Positions 38,111 to 49,359 of a stretch of 64,000 nt of DNA are shown here, one piece after another. A program made the translations under genes and the position numbers. The stretch is from Podarcis gaigeae (lineage: Eukaryota): NCBI GenBank assembly GCA_964106915.2, contig OZ066920.1. The stretch is one strand, 5' to 3'. The notes under the pieces were generated by a model. The model searched no databases. It was not told the origin of the DNA and saw only the letters and a program-made list of their open reading frames with translations. The first letter of the stretch is position 1, and every line of letters begins with the position of its first letter.

Positions 38111-38460
38111 GGATGTGGGTGGTGCTGTGTGTTAAACCACAGAGCCTAGGACTTGCCAATCAGAAGGTTGGCGGTTCAAATCCCTGCGACGGGATGAGCT
38201 CCCGTTGCTCGGTCCCTGCTCCTGCCAACCTAGCAGTTCGAAAGCACATCAAAAGTGCAAGTAGATAAATAGGTACTCCTCTGGTGGAAAGGTAAACAGT
38301 GTTTCCGTGTACTGCTCTGGTTCGCCAGAAGCGGCTTAGTAATGCTGGCCACATGACCCGGAAGCTGTACGGCGGCTCCCTCGGCCTATAGAGTGAGATG
38401 AGCGCACAACCCCAGAGTCGGTCACGACTGGACCTAATGGTCAGGGGTACCTTTACCTTT
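38111..38460 (+). mobile_element. Sauria SINE, main subfamily, full length
   Basis: Head ggatgtgggtggtgctgtgtgttaaaccacagagcctagg; (ACCTTT)n tail. Confidence 0.92.
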
Positions 38461-38476
38461 CAAGGTGCTATTGGAC

Positions 38477-38507
<31 letters not shown>

Positions 38508-41500
38508 TTATTTATGTTTCTACAGTGCTGTACCTTTAAGAAACTGAGAAAGTTTGTTTTTTATAATTTACCTTTATAATAAAAAACCTTGCATTTTTTT
38601 TTTAAGAACTCAAACTCAATAGAAAGGGAAGAAGAACAGACACACTTTGCGCAATCCTACCATTGTTTAGTAACCTTTCCAACTCTTTGTGGCTCAATTC
38701 CATCAAAATGAATTGGGCTTGTGAATTGTGGATCACAACCAAAATGTGGAAGTGAAATTTCTTGGAGCTGTAGCTCTGAAAGGTTTTGAACTTGGCTCCC
38801 CTATCGCTTTTATTTATTTGCTTAAAATTATATCTTATTTTATGCGCATCACTTAGTGATATCGGGGCATAAAGAATCAATCACTCCTCCTCCCAAATTC
38901 AGTTTGGATTTGTGTGGATTCCCTGTGAGGAGCCATTCAATAAATTTGAAGCAGTCTTGGCTGGTGGGGGATGGAGATAGTACCTCTTTCAGGATCCTCA
39001 CCTTCCATTAGGCTTTGTCTTCTTCCTCTGGGAAATAGTTTGGGAACCACTGTCTTAACAGGGTACTTTGTTAAAAAAAAAAAGGTATACAGGAAGCTTT
39101 GGGGAGGGATGGTGCCTAAGGATGAGGAAGGGGGAAATTCACTGGCTTGTATTTAAAGGCGAACTTACCCGATTTGCTGTTTCTGAAACAATGCCGAAAT
39201 TCACGCTTCTCCAAAATGCATATGGTAGGGTAAAGTGTGCCTATAATTGCATATATTAAGGGAAAATAATATACAAAACTGCATTAGATTAGGGAACCTT
39301 GCTTTCCAAAAACATGTATATTATGCAAAATTAAACCAGGTCCTCTGCGTATTTTTATGGGAGTCAAGCCCCACTGATTTTAATACTCCATATAAACGAG
39401 GGTAAGATTGTGATCTTAGAGGCTGAGTCATTTGCACACATTCTGCAGTGGAATGAGTTTGCCCTCAGGGTGACGTAGAACCGTTATTGCTAGTTTTTGT
39501 GCTAAGGAGGAAAAAAATCAGGATCTGATTGTGGTTTTTACTCCAGCTGATTTCTAATGGACTGAAACTATACGTATCCCATCGTGCCGTTTGAACAGAA
39601 AGTGCACATTACATTTCCCCAAGGGCTGTAGCATCAATCAGTTGCTTGGGAAGGCCAGAGTTGTACTGAATCCCCCACTCTCTCCCTGAAGACCTTGGGA
39701 GTGATTACAGTTTTGTTCTTTTTTTTAGGGCTCTGTATCTGCAGATCTGGATTAAGGAGAGGGAACATGTGGATGGCACATGTTCAGGCAAGCAGTTCTT
39801 CATCTGGCTGGTGATATGAGTGCGGATGCTCCAAAGAAGCAAATGAGTTAACGTCTGCCCATCATGTTTCAGCCACACAACTCTTTCCAAGTCACATTTT
39901 CTGCTTGTAAAGCAATATCTCTTTCCTCCTATCTGCAGCTCAGATATAAAACTGAGTAACAGGGGCATTAAGTCATACCTCTGCTAAAGCAGGTAATGCA
40001 CGCTTTGCCGTGTAGGGTTTGGCAAGGAGATTCAGGGCAACTGTTCAAGTCCAACAAGTCATTTCCTGCTGCGCTTGAGCAGCCTGTAGACACTTCAGCC
40101 AGATCTTTTCTAGTCAACTTCTCCACTGCCTGGCATCGGGGGGGGGGGGGGAGTCTGATTGCAATAAGCAGAGCTGTTGAAGGGAGTCCTTGACCACAGA
40201 GAAAACCTATTAGCTGAGTTGTGTTTGTCAAGAGTAAAGTAAAGAGACAGACATTCACATTGTGAACCACTGTATCCTTTTGCGAGATCAAGTCGTCATC
40301 TTCACAAGTGGTTAGTTTTGGAGGGGTCACATTGAACAAAGCTCAGCACAGAGTTGAACAACTCTTAGTGTTATTGTTCCTTACTAGTGTCAACTCTAGG
40401 TTTTGGAGGGCCCATGGGTGAGGCACTCTTCATGGCCCCCTCCCTCAGTGATTTTACGTCCTTTATGCCAAACAACAGCCACCACCACCCAGGGGGTTCT
40501 TGCCAGTTGGTGCTCAGCAGATGCCCAACCAGGCTGACCCTTGACACTGAGCCTGTTCCTTACACACATGGAACAAGATTTGAACCCAGGTCTTTCAGGC
40601 CTGGTCCAACACTCTAACCACTATACAACATTGTGAGATCATAACGAGAGCTATTTTATAAATATATTTTCATGTGCTTTGAAAGAAACAAGCCTGGATA
40701 TGGTACATCCTGGGTCTATTTTGCAATCAACAACTTTGGATTTTCAGTTACTGAAAAAGATAACCTTGTTGAAAACTGCATCAAATTGTTTGACGCAGCT
40801 ATGTTGAGTATTGTTAATAGGGTATGAAACATTTGTTTTCTACCTTTTGTTTTCATTGTATGATACTGGGTTATTTGAGACTACCGTATCCTGTATATAT
40901 CCAGTATACTACTGTGACCTCCAGGTTATACAGAAATCTGAAACCCACACCACAGTAACTTGGAGCAGGGCTTTTAGTAAGGCTGCCTTGACCTGTGGAA
41001 TATCATCCCTGTTGAGATACAACAGGTTCCTACTATCTGTGCTTTCCAGAAACAACTGAAGACATTTTTGTTACAACAAACTTTCAAACTGGATGGCTAT
41101 GTCTCTCCCATGGCTGTCTCCACTATTATTTTTCAGTTCATTTACTGTTATTTTTGCTGGTGTTTTTCCTTATAACGTGTGCATTGCCTTGAGGCATACA
41201 CATGGAAGGCAATTCATAAATATTAATCTTAATTTTAAGCTGATTCATATTTCAGTTTGATATCAGAAAAGTACCTTCTATATTTACCTGTTTGCAATGT
41301 GTTTAATTATTGTGTTGCAATTATTCTCTTTTATTTGTATATTTGGTTGAATTTTGGTAAAATGTAAGTTCTGGTTCTGACTAGGGATGGGAGAGGAATT
41401 AGATTCAATTCAACATTTAAAGCTGAACCTATCAAATGTGCACTTTCTGAAACAATGTAAGAACCAAAACAATCATCCTTTGAAATTCACACTTACCTGA

Positions 41501-41670
41501 ATTTTACAATGCAGTTCTCAAACCAAAGTTTACAAAAATGCACAGATTTTGGAAAAGTGTACATAGAAATTAAAGAATGAAGAATGAATTATTTTAGGAG
41601 AAATTGCTTGCAAAATGTATGCAATAGAACTACATACAGACATGTTTTTATTACCATGTATCAGATGTCA

Positions 41671-41991
41671 CTAGGACTTGCTGATCAGAAGGTTGGCAGT
41701 TCGAATCCCCGCGATGGGGTGAGCTCCCATTGCTTGGTCCCAGCTCCTGCCAACCTAGCAGTTCGAAAGTATGTCAAAGTACAAGTAGATAAATAGGTAC
41801 CGCTCCGGCGGGAAGGTAAGCAGCATTTCCGTGCGCTGCTCTGGTTCGCCAGAAGCGGCTTAGTCATGCAGGCCACTTGATCCGGAAGCTGTACGCCGGC
41901 TCTCTCGACCAATAAAGGGAGATGATCGCTGCAACCCCAGAGTCAGTCATGACTGGAACTAAAGGTCAGGGGTCCTCTTTACCCCTTTACC
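41671..41991 (+). mobile_element. Sauria SINE, 5'-truncated, 15-bp TSD
   Basis: TSD tatcagatgtcacta (41659-41673) / tatcaaatgtcacta (41992-42006). Confidence 0.92.
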
Positions 41992-42460
41992 TATCAAATG
42001 TCACTAATCTGTCTAATTTAAGTGCTGTCCTAGCCTTTTCATGCACATTAAATGAGCTGTTAATCGTTGAATCCTTTGTGTTACATTATAGTAATATTAT
42101 AACTTCTGTTTTGTATTATAATTGTAGACTGCTTACTTTTCTGCAAAAACATTTGAGCATAAAGTCATGAGTGGAGAACGCAATCTATAAATAGTGACTT
42201 CCAGACAGCTATGGATTAATTATTTGCAGTTTTTGGTCCTATTTGAGTTGGCTCTGTAATAACGTGAGTGTAAAGAAGACAAATGTGAAGACATTTGGTT
42301 GGCTTTTCTTGAGACTAATGCTTTATAGTCATCACTTTCCTGAAAGCCTGCACATTCATTGCATTGTTTCCATCCGTTATTGTAAATTTTATTAATGTTC
42401 ATATTTGGCACAAGTGGGAGGGGGGCATTTTTCAGTGGAAGGGCTGCACTTCCTGTTGCA

Positions 42461-42479
42461 CAACCACCTGGTGGCGCCA
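42461..42479 (+). promoter_or_regulatory. CTCF motif CAACCACCTGGTGGCGCCA
   Basis: One mismatch to CCACCAGGTGGCGC; semi-palindromic. Confidence 0.6.
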
Positions 42480-43262
42480 GAGGCAAAAATGGGTGAATTA
42501 GTTAGGTAGAGTCCTGAGGTCCAGAAAGAGTTATAATAGTTTACACTGACCTTTTCTAAATAGGAAGGCATGAGGAATTCATTCTTGATATAGACTTCTG
42601 AGATGAACTGTCCTGGCTCATCCTGCCCTCCTCAGCTAATGTGTAGATCAGAATGCAGTTATCCTTCAGTTTTCACACATCTATGAATTTTATGATGAAA
42701 TATTCTCTTGGCTCAAAAAAATGCATGTAAGTGCATTTAAAATGCATACTTTTAGATAAAATCTGTTTTAGAAATGAGTATTTTGTGAGGAAATAGGTTC
42801 AAGGATATGTTTTTTTTGTTGTTGTTTTTTAAATACAAATTAGTGAAATGGAATGGGCTTATGAATGCAAAGGAGATTCAGCCTGGAAATAGACTAATCT
42901 GGCAATCCCAATTTCTTGCTAAAACATGATTCAGATATTGCTTAGGCAAAACATCACATCTCAGATTGGAGCCTGGACTATGTTGTTCAGTGACCAGGCC
43001 CCATCTGCATGGGCATTCTGTCAGCTCTTGAATACACCCCTGTTTTAGGCAAGGTTTCCTCAGATCTTGAACTTCATAGCTTCATGTTTTAATGGTTATG
43101 CTTTTTAATGAGCACGGTTTCTTGTATATTTTAAATATGGGTGTTTTCAATGTTGTTTTGTTGTATAGAATTGTTTCATTGTATATTTTAATTATGGATT
43201 TCATAATTGATTTTCTGCTTGTAAACCACTTAGAAGCCATTGTGGCATGTAAGTAGTATATA

Positions 43263-43488
43263 AAGTGGTACCTTGGTTTAAGTACTTAATTTGTTCCAGA
43301 GATCCATTCTTAACCTGAAACTGTTCTTAATCTGAAGCACCACTTTAGCTAATGGGGCCTCCTGCTGCTGCCGCGCCACCACCACGTGATTTCTGTTCTC
43401 ATCCTGAAGCAAAGGTCTTAACCCGAGGTAATATTTCTGGGTTAGCGGAGTCTGTAACCTGAAGCGTATGTAACCCAAGGTACCACTG
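43263..43488. mobile_element. Tc1/mariner (Tigger-like) MITE
   Basis: TIRs agtggtaccttggtt / aacccaaggtaccactg flanked by TA. Confidence 0.85.
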
Positions 43489-44044
43489 TAGTAGTAGTAA
43501 TCTGGTAATGAGTACTAAGAAAAGCATTTCTCTCTGCATAGCTTTGTTTTACAAAACAGAATGCTTTATAATAAATAGTAAACAAACTTCACTGTTTATA
43601 CAAGAGGGAAAGTTTCACTACTGGACTTTAATACTGATACATCCTTGCTTTCTACCATCACCAAATTTCTTGGATATGTGGGACTGCTACAGCTTTTTAA
43701 ATAAGGCCTGAAAATGTCACATTGACTGTTGCTCTTCTTTAGTACAAGAGAGGGCAGTCTTAGCCCACTAACACAGACATAAGACAGTAGACAGAAATGT
43801 GAGGGACTCTTATCTTGCTACGCCGGACTGTAAAGATTGCTGCATAACTGAGAGAAGACGGAATTCTATCCAACTTCTTATATGTGAAGGAAAAGGGACT
43901 TTGTTTCATTTTTTAAAAAAAAATGATGTATACTTTTTCATGCAATGGTTATTATACACTTCATTTAATTTTTTTTTTTTAAATTAACAAGCATAAAGTG
44001 TTCACTTCCATGACAAATACATGTATGTAGTCATCCACATGGCA

Positions 44045-44430
44045 TCAAAACAGACTTGGGCAATCTTCCACATTACATATTAAGCCCACATTTGCAGGGT
44101 GTATGTCGTTGTCACCTGTCATTTCGGGGCAACGTCTTGTACCTGATCCCATGTGAGCCCTGCTGTCAGTGGAAAATGGTACCGATCCAAATGTTAAGCA
44201 TAAAGAGTTGGTCTCAACGACAGCAGCGAGACAAATAGTTGCTTCTGATTGGGTTGGGAAAACACCCTCTCCCACCACAGAAACGTGGACCCAATATATG
44301 TGGATTATAGCACTTATGGAACGCTCAGCTCACCATTGGAGGGTGATAAGAGGGATAATGACAAAAGATGGATTGGACTCTGTATGTTCTCAATTTACAT
44401 ATACCCCTTCCATCCCAGTCACAACACCCA
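44045..44430 (+). mobile_element. Degenerate L1-clade ORF2 C-terminal fragment
   Basis: AARQIVASDWVGKTPSPTTETWTQYMWIIALME resembles the L1 AAR..IA..W....P....W....W..A.ME motif; decayed CCHC-like region upstream. Confidence 0.5.
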
Positions 44431-45994
44431 GTATGGAGAAATTATTTTGACACTCTAGACTGAGGTATGGTTATATCTCAGTGTAATGGACTTATATTTT
44501 AAAACAGAAAAAATGTAGGTTTTGGTGAGTACAGGGGCCTTTGGAACTCCTTCCCATTACACATCAGACAGGTGCCATTTCTAATGCTGGATTTGAAATG
44601 GCCTATGATTACTTTTACACCTGAAATCGTTTTTGCATGTGGAATCGTTTTTATTCTTGACATTTTTGCAGTGAAGCGGTTCATAAAGGGAATCAAATTT
44701 TATGGTAAGCAGTTCATACATGAAGTCAAATAAATAAATAAATAAACAAATAAATAAATGTTGGTGACCCCCAGCACGGCCTAAGTTATCTATGTCATTT
44801 ACAGATCTCTGCGGTTGTGCTGCCACCACCTATTTGAACACTTTCCCCTCAAAGGAGACATCAAAGACTGAAAATGAGAAAATATTTTCAAGGAAGAATT
44901 TATTCAGGAATAGTGTCACAGCTTCCCAATTCAAGGAGGCTGGAATGATTCCTGCACTCATTTCTGGTAAAGTGTGCAGAATTCAATTAACCCTTGAGCT
45001 GGGAATGACAATTGCATTTTTTTTCAGATACAAATTTTAAACACCTTCACGTCCCAACCAGTGGACCCTGTTGTGATCTGTGTTTAAGGGGAAAGCGCAT
45101 GTACCTTTGATTTTCATATCCTGTTTCATATTCCTACTGGCTCAGAGAAATATACAAACAAATGAGCAAAATGTACTAAAGGCTAAATAAAAATTCAGAG
45201 GTATGGAACCAATGCAGGATCATTCGCTTTCATCCTTTACTTATACCACTTTTCATCCATTCCTTCTTTAACCTAACTATTAACTGAGTACTGTGTAAAC
45301 ATGTTTATACCCCGCACCCCCGCAGCCACAGAGCTCCATACTTTAAGGGACTGGATTTTGGCTTTCTGCACTGGCATCTTGGATCAGAAAAAAAATGCTT
45401 ATTTGCCCATGTAATAAGGAAATGCGTGTGATCTATATTTTCCTTCATCGGATATTGGCAGCCCAGGCACTTTCTAATAAGCTCATGACAGCATCTTGAT
45501 GATTTATGGTGTCACTAGCGCGTCTAAATCATACCATTCTGCTGTAAACAGGCTCTGCTAAAATGCTAAAGGGCATGCGTTTGAGGAAAGCAAAGGTTGG
45601 TTCTTGGAGCATTCGTTTCAAACCCACAAAGTTCACCGAGTTCAAAACCTACTAGCACACATTCATTGTATTTTACAGACAAGGGGTAATGATCCTAAAA
45701 GTGGCTGTCCTGAAGCTTCAGTGAAGTGAAAAATTGAAGAGTTGTTTTCCTGAGTAATCTGACTCTGTGCAGCTGGATCAATAGTCGATATTTCCAGGAT
45801 TTTGCTGCCGGTCAACCATTGCCTTCACTTAATTTTATTCATGAAACATTTCGTTGTGACTCTTCTAGGCAGAGGAATCTCCAGTTTATAAACAGTGGGG
45901 CTGGGGTAGCTGAAATGAAACTGGTTCTTCTTTATGCAACTTGTAGAAATAGGCAAACAAACTAAATTATGTTGTATGGTTCTCAAACCACTTG

Positions 45995-46800
45995 GACAGT
46001 CACTAAGGGAAGTTTCTGTCTGTTTCAGTTTCAGTTTCTCTCCGTTTCCGTTTTCCACACATCAGTTCTCCACATTTCCACATCAGTTTGCAATTTTAAA
46101 AAAGTTCCCATGAAAATTCACCAGTGCCTTTCTTCAGTTTCTCCAAATACGCATGTTTGAATGGAATTTGGCCAAATATACTTTTTTTTTTGGCCAAACG
46201 ATTTCTCCAATGTAATGTATTCTTGGATATTATTGTCATGAATATATGCATTTTTATGTGTCCTTTACCCTAGTATTTGCATAGCCTGAGCATTAAAAAA
46301 GGTAAAGGTAAAGGGACCCCTGACCATTAGGTCCAGTCGTGACCGACTCTGGGGTTGCGGCACTCATCTTGCTTTATGGGCCGAGGGAGCCGGCGTACAG
46401 CTTCCGGGTCATGTGGCCAGCATGACTAAGCCGCTTCTGGCGAAGCAGAGCAGCGCACGGAAACACCGTTTACCTTCCCGCCGGAGCAGTACCTATTGAT
46501 CTACTTGCACTTTGATGTGCTTTCAAACTGCTAGGTTGGCAGGAGCTGGGACCGAGCAATGGGAGCTCACCCTGTCGTGGGGATTTGAACCGTTGACCTT
46601 CTGATCGGCAAGTCTTAGGCTCTGTGGTTTAACCCACAGCGTCACCTGCGCATTACGAGGCTAGAAAACTGCGTTGCAAAAACATGGAGAAGTATGCCTA
46701 TCAAAGGATGGCTGTGTTTCAATTTGGGTATTCTAGAAAGTACAAGTTTGGTAGATTTGCTTTTAAATATGACGTGGATTGAATTTTACCCCCATCTCTA
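45995..46800 (-). mobile_element. AT-rich non-autonomous DNA element (TAGGGATGG end, hAT-like); other copies at ~5727-6090, 39122-39335, 41382-41655, 42640-42910
   Basis: Shared aaaatgcattatattagg / aatgtgtatattaggcaaa subrepeats and tagggatgg terminus (41382); this copy is split by a SINE. Confidence 0.6.
46298..46650 (-). mobile_element. Sauria SINE nested in a hAT-like element
   Basis: TSD-like cctgagcatta (46285-46295) / cctgcgcatta (46645-46655). Confidence 0.92.
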
Positions 46801-47720
46801 GCGTGTAATGACATTTTCAAAGCATTGCACTCTGGCTGGGCAGCTGTATGCAAGCAGCTGCTCTGTTCCCTCATCCCAGCATGTACTTTTTAAAGTGTTC
46901 ACAGAGTGAAAACAGGACAGTTCCTAGGTATTCCCAGAGTACCACAGTTGCAGGGGGGAGATCATGTAAATGTTGAACTTTGCCTAAAAGGAATTAAAGC
47001 CAATCTCAGGCAAGGGTTATCATAAACTCCAGACCCAAGTCTTATACAGATTAATGCAGAAAAGCGGTCTTGTCAATATTTTTAGGCATGATCAGAACAC
47101 CAGCGTTTTTTCAGATGTGCTCTTCTCTGGCCTATAAATCCACAAGAGGACACTTTTATTTCCCAAAAAATCTCTTCCAAGAATATATATCTCTAACAAA
47201 ATGGTTTTTAGCTGGCTTCCTTAAAACAGCTGTAGAAATCCACGGAAGGGAATATCTGCAACCCAGATGCTGTAAAACAAGTAGCAGCACAGTGGGTTGG
47301 GGTTAAAAATGGGGATTAAAATGAGGGCTGAGCCCCCAAGTCTAACATGTGCTGTGTTCTCTCCAAACATTTCATATTTACAAAAATTGCAAAGCTTGCT
47401 TGCATTGGAATAATCTTACAGAGCTCACCAAACTCTATAAGTAACTGCAATCCAATGCAGGATTACTCAGAAAAAAATCCTATTGTGTTCAATGGGGCTT
47501 ACTCTCACAAAATTGTCCTTATGATGGCAAATAAGTAGTCTGGATATGTTGTAAAAATAATATACGATATACACACAACTTTTGTTGTGAACCCAGGTCC
47601 ATATTTTATTCCTATAAAATATCCAAATAAATCCACGAAGTGATGGAAACAGGTACTTACTCGCACACTGCATTCAACATAAGTTGCCCTACTCGTGTCC
47701 TGTACACATAAAGGGAAATA

Positions 47721-47925
47721 CAGTCATACCTCGGGTTACAGACGCTTCAGGTTGCGATTTTTGGGGTTACAGACACGCCAAAACCCGGAAGTACCAGAAC
47801 AGGTTACTTCTGGGTTATGGCGGTCGTGCATGCGCAGCAGCGCTGAATTGCAACCCGCGCATGTGCAGATGCGCCATTGCGGGTTGTGAACGCTGTGGGT
47901 TGCAAACATGCATCCCGCACGGAGT
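47721..47925. mobile_element. Related Tigger-like MITE, right end lost
   Basis: TA|cagtcatacctcgggttacagacgcttcaggtt; internal ccggaagta..tacttctgg palindrome. Confidence 0.65.
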
Positions 47926-48582
47926 AGCAAAATCAACTTTGCTCCATCACCACTACCAATCAGGAATATCATATGCACCAACAGTGAACTCCATGCTCAG
48001 TTTTTATGAAGCCACACTGCCACTGCTCATGCAGGATGGGGAGTAGAATCACCATTTATTGCATAAGCACAAAAAAAGGTTGGAAAAATCATTGAGAAAC
48101 TCCCAAAGCAGACCAGTGAGGACTGAGCATGCTCAGAAGACTAGGTACAGTATGCTGATGAACTGACTGGCCTCCCCTCCTCTGCCATGTCCCCATTGCC
48201 CTCGATAGTCAGGTAGAGTTGCCACAGGATTTAGAGCCCTGATCATGCAGAGCTCTAAATTTCCTGGAGCACCTACCATAGCCCAGCAGACTCCATCTTG
48301 CAGACGTTTGCCTTCCCATAAAGTCTCATTGCTGCAGTCATTAATGACCAGTGTCAGGATAAAATCGCCAACGACAGAGTTTAAAATCTCAGAACAAACT
48401 AAAATAAATTAAATTACATATACATAAAAAAGCAGTTCTGGTTGGTCATTTATACGTCAGAGGGAAACACTTCTGATCTAGGGATGACCATCTGTCGAGA
48501 TACTATTCCTGAGTGCTAGGCCTTCCTACACATGAAGGACAGCAGAACTGGGTGACAGGGATGCAACGTAAACGGTTGGGCT

Positions 48583-48829
48583 CAGCGGCGGAGCAAGCCG
48601 ATCGGGCACCTGGGGTGGCACCCTACAGCTGAGGGGGAGGAAACTGACGGACTGTATGGGGCAGTGGGTGCCTGCGGGCGCTCAAGCCACTGTGTCACTC
48701 CCAGGAAAGATGCGTGGCTTGGGCACGCTGCAGGCTGCGCTGTGAGTGCCATCCACCATTCTGTCACCCCCCTCAGTGGGGACACCTGGGGTGGACCACA
48801 CCTACTGTACACCCCTTGCTACGTCCCTG
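48583..48829. mobile_element. hAT-type MITE with perfect 8-bp TSD
   Basis: TSD gttgggct (48575-48582 and 48830-48837); imperfect TIRs cagcggcggagc / gctacgtccctg. Confidence 0.85.
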
Positions 48830-49095
48830 GTTGGGCTGCCTAGCATATCCTCCCTCTCATATGATTCTTGTTGTGCCCCTGCTCTAAAGCTTAAATAGGG
48901 CCAGAGATACCTTCTCGGTCCTCGGTTAAGGCTGTTAGGGTCTCTTCTGGATTTGACTTACAAAGCCTTAAACGGCTCAGGTCCACCTCTCCCCATGTGA
49001 ACCAACCCAGACCTTGTGATCATCATCTTAGGCCCTGTTTTGTGAGAGGTCCAGAGGGTGGCAACCCAAGAATGGGCGTTTTCTGTGGTGGCTCC

Positions 49096-49359
49096 TGTTA
49101 TGTACTGAATTTCTCACCCTGGGCCAGCAGGGGGATACTGTAGATAGTTTTCACTCAGGTCCACATATGCAAATAAGGAATTGAAAGTGGTGTTCAGTGA
49201 TTGGATAGTTACAGATAGTTGTTACTGTTGCCTTGTAATTGAGCTCTATATAAGTAGGTTGGCTGAACCCTTCAGCCCAGTTCAGTTCTGGCCTATGAAT
49301 AAACAAGAGCTGTTTGAAGAATCGCTGTGTCGTCTGATATGTTCACCCACAACTTAACA
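49096..49359 (+). mobile_element. Solo LTR (264 bp) inserted in an L2 relic
   Basis: TGTTA...TAACA termini; 5-bp TSD GCTCC on both sides; TATATAA at 49247; AATAAA at 49298. Confidence 0.88.
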
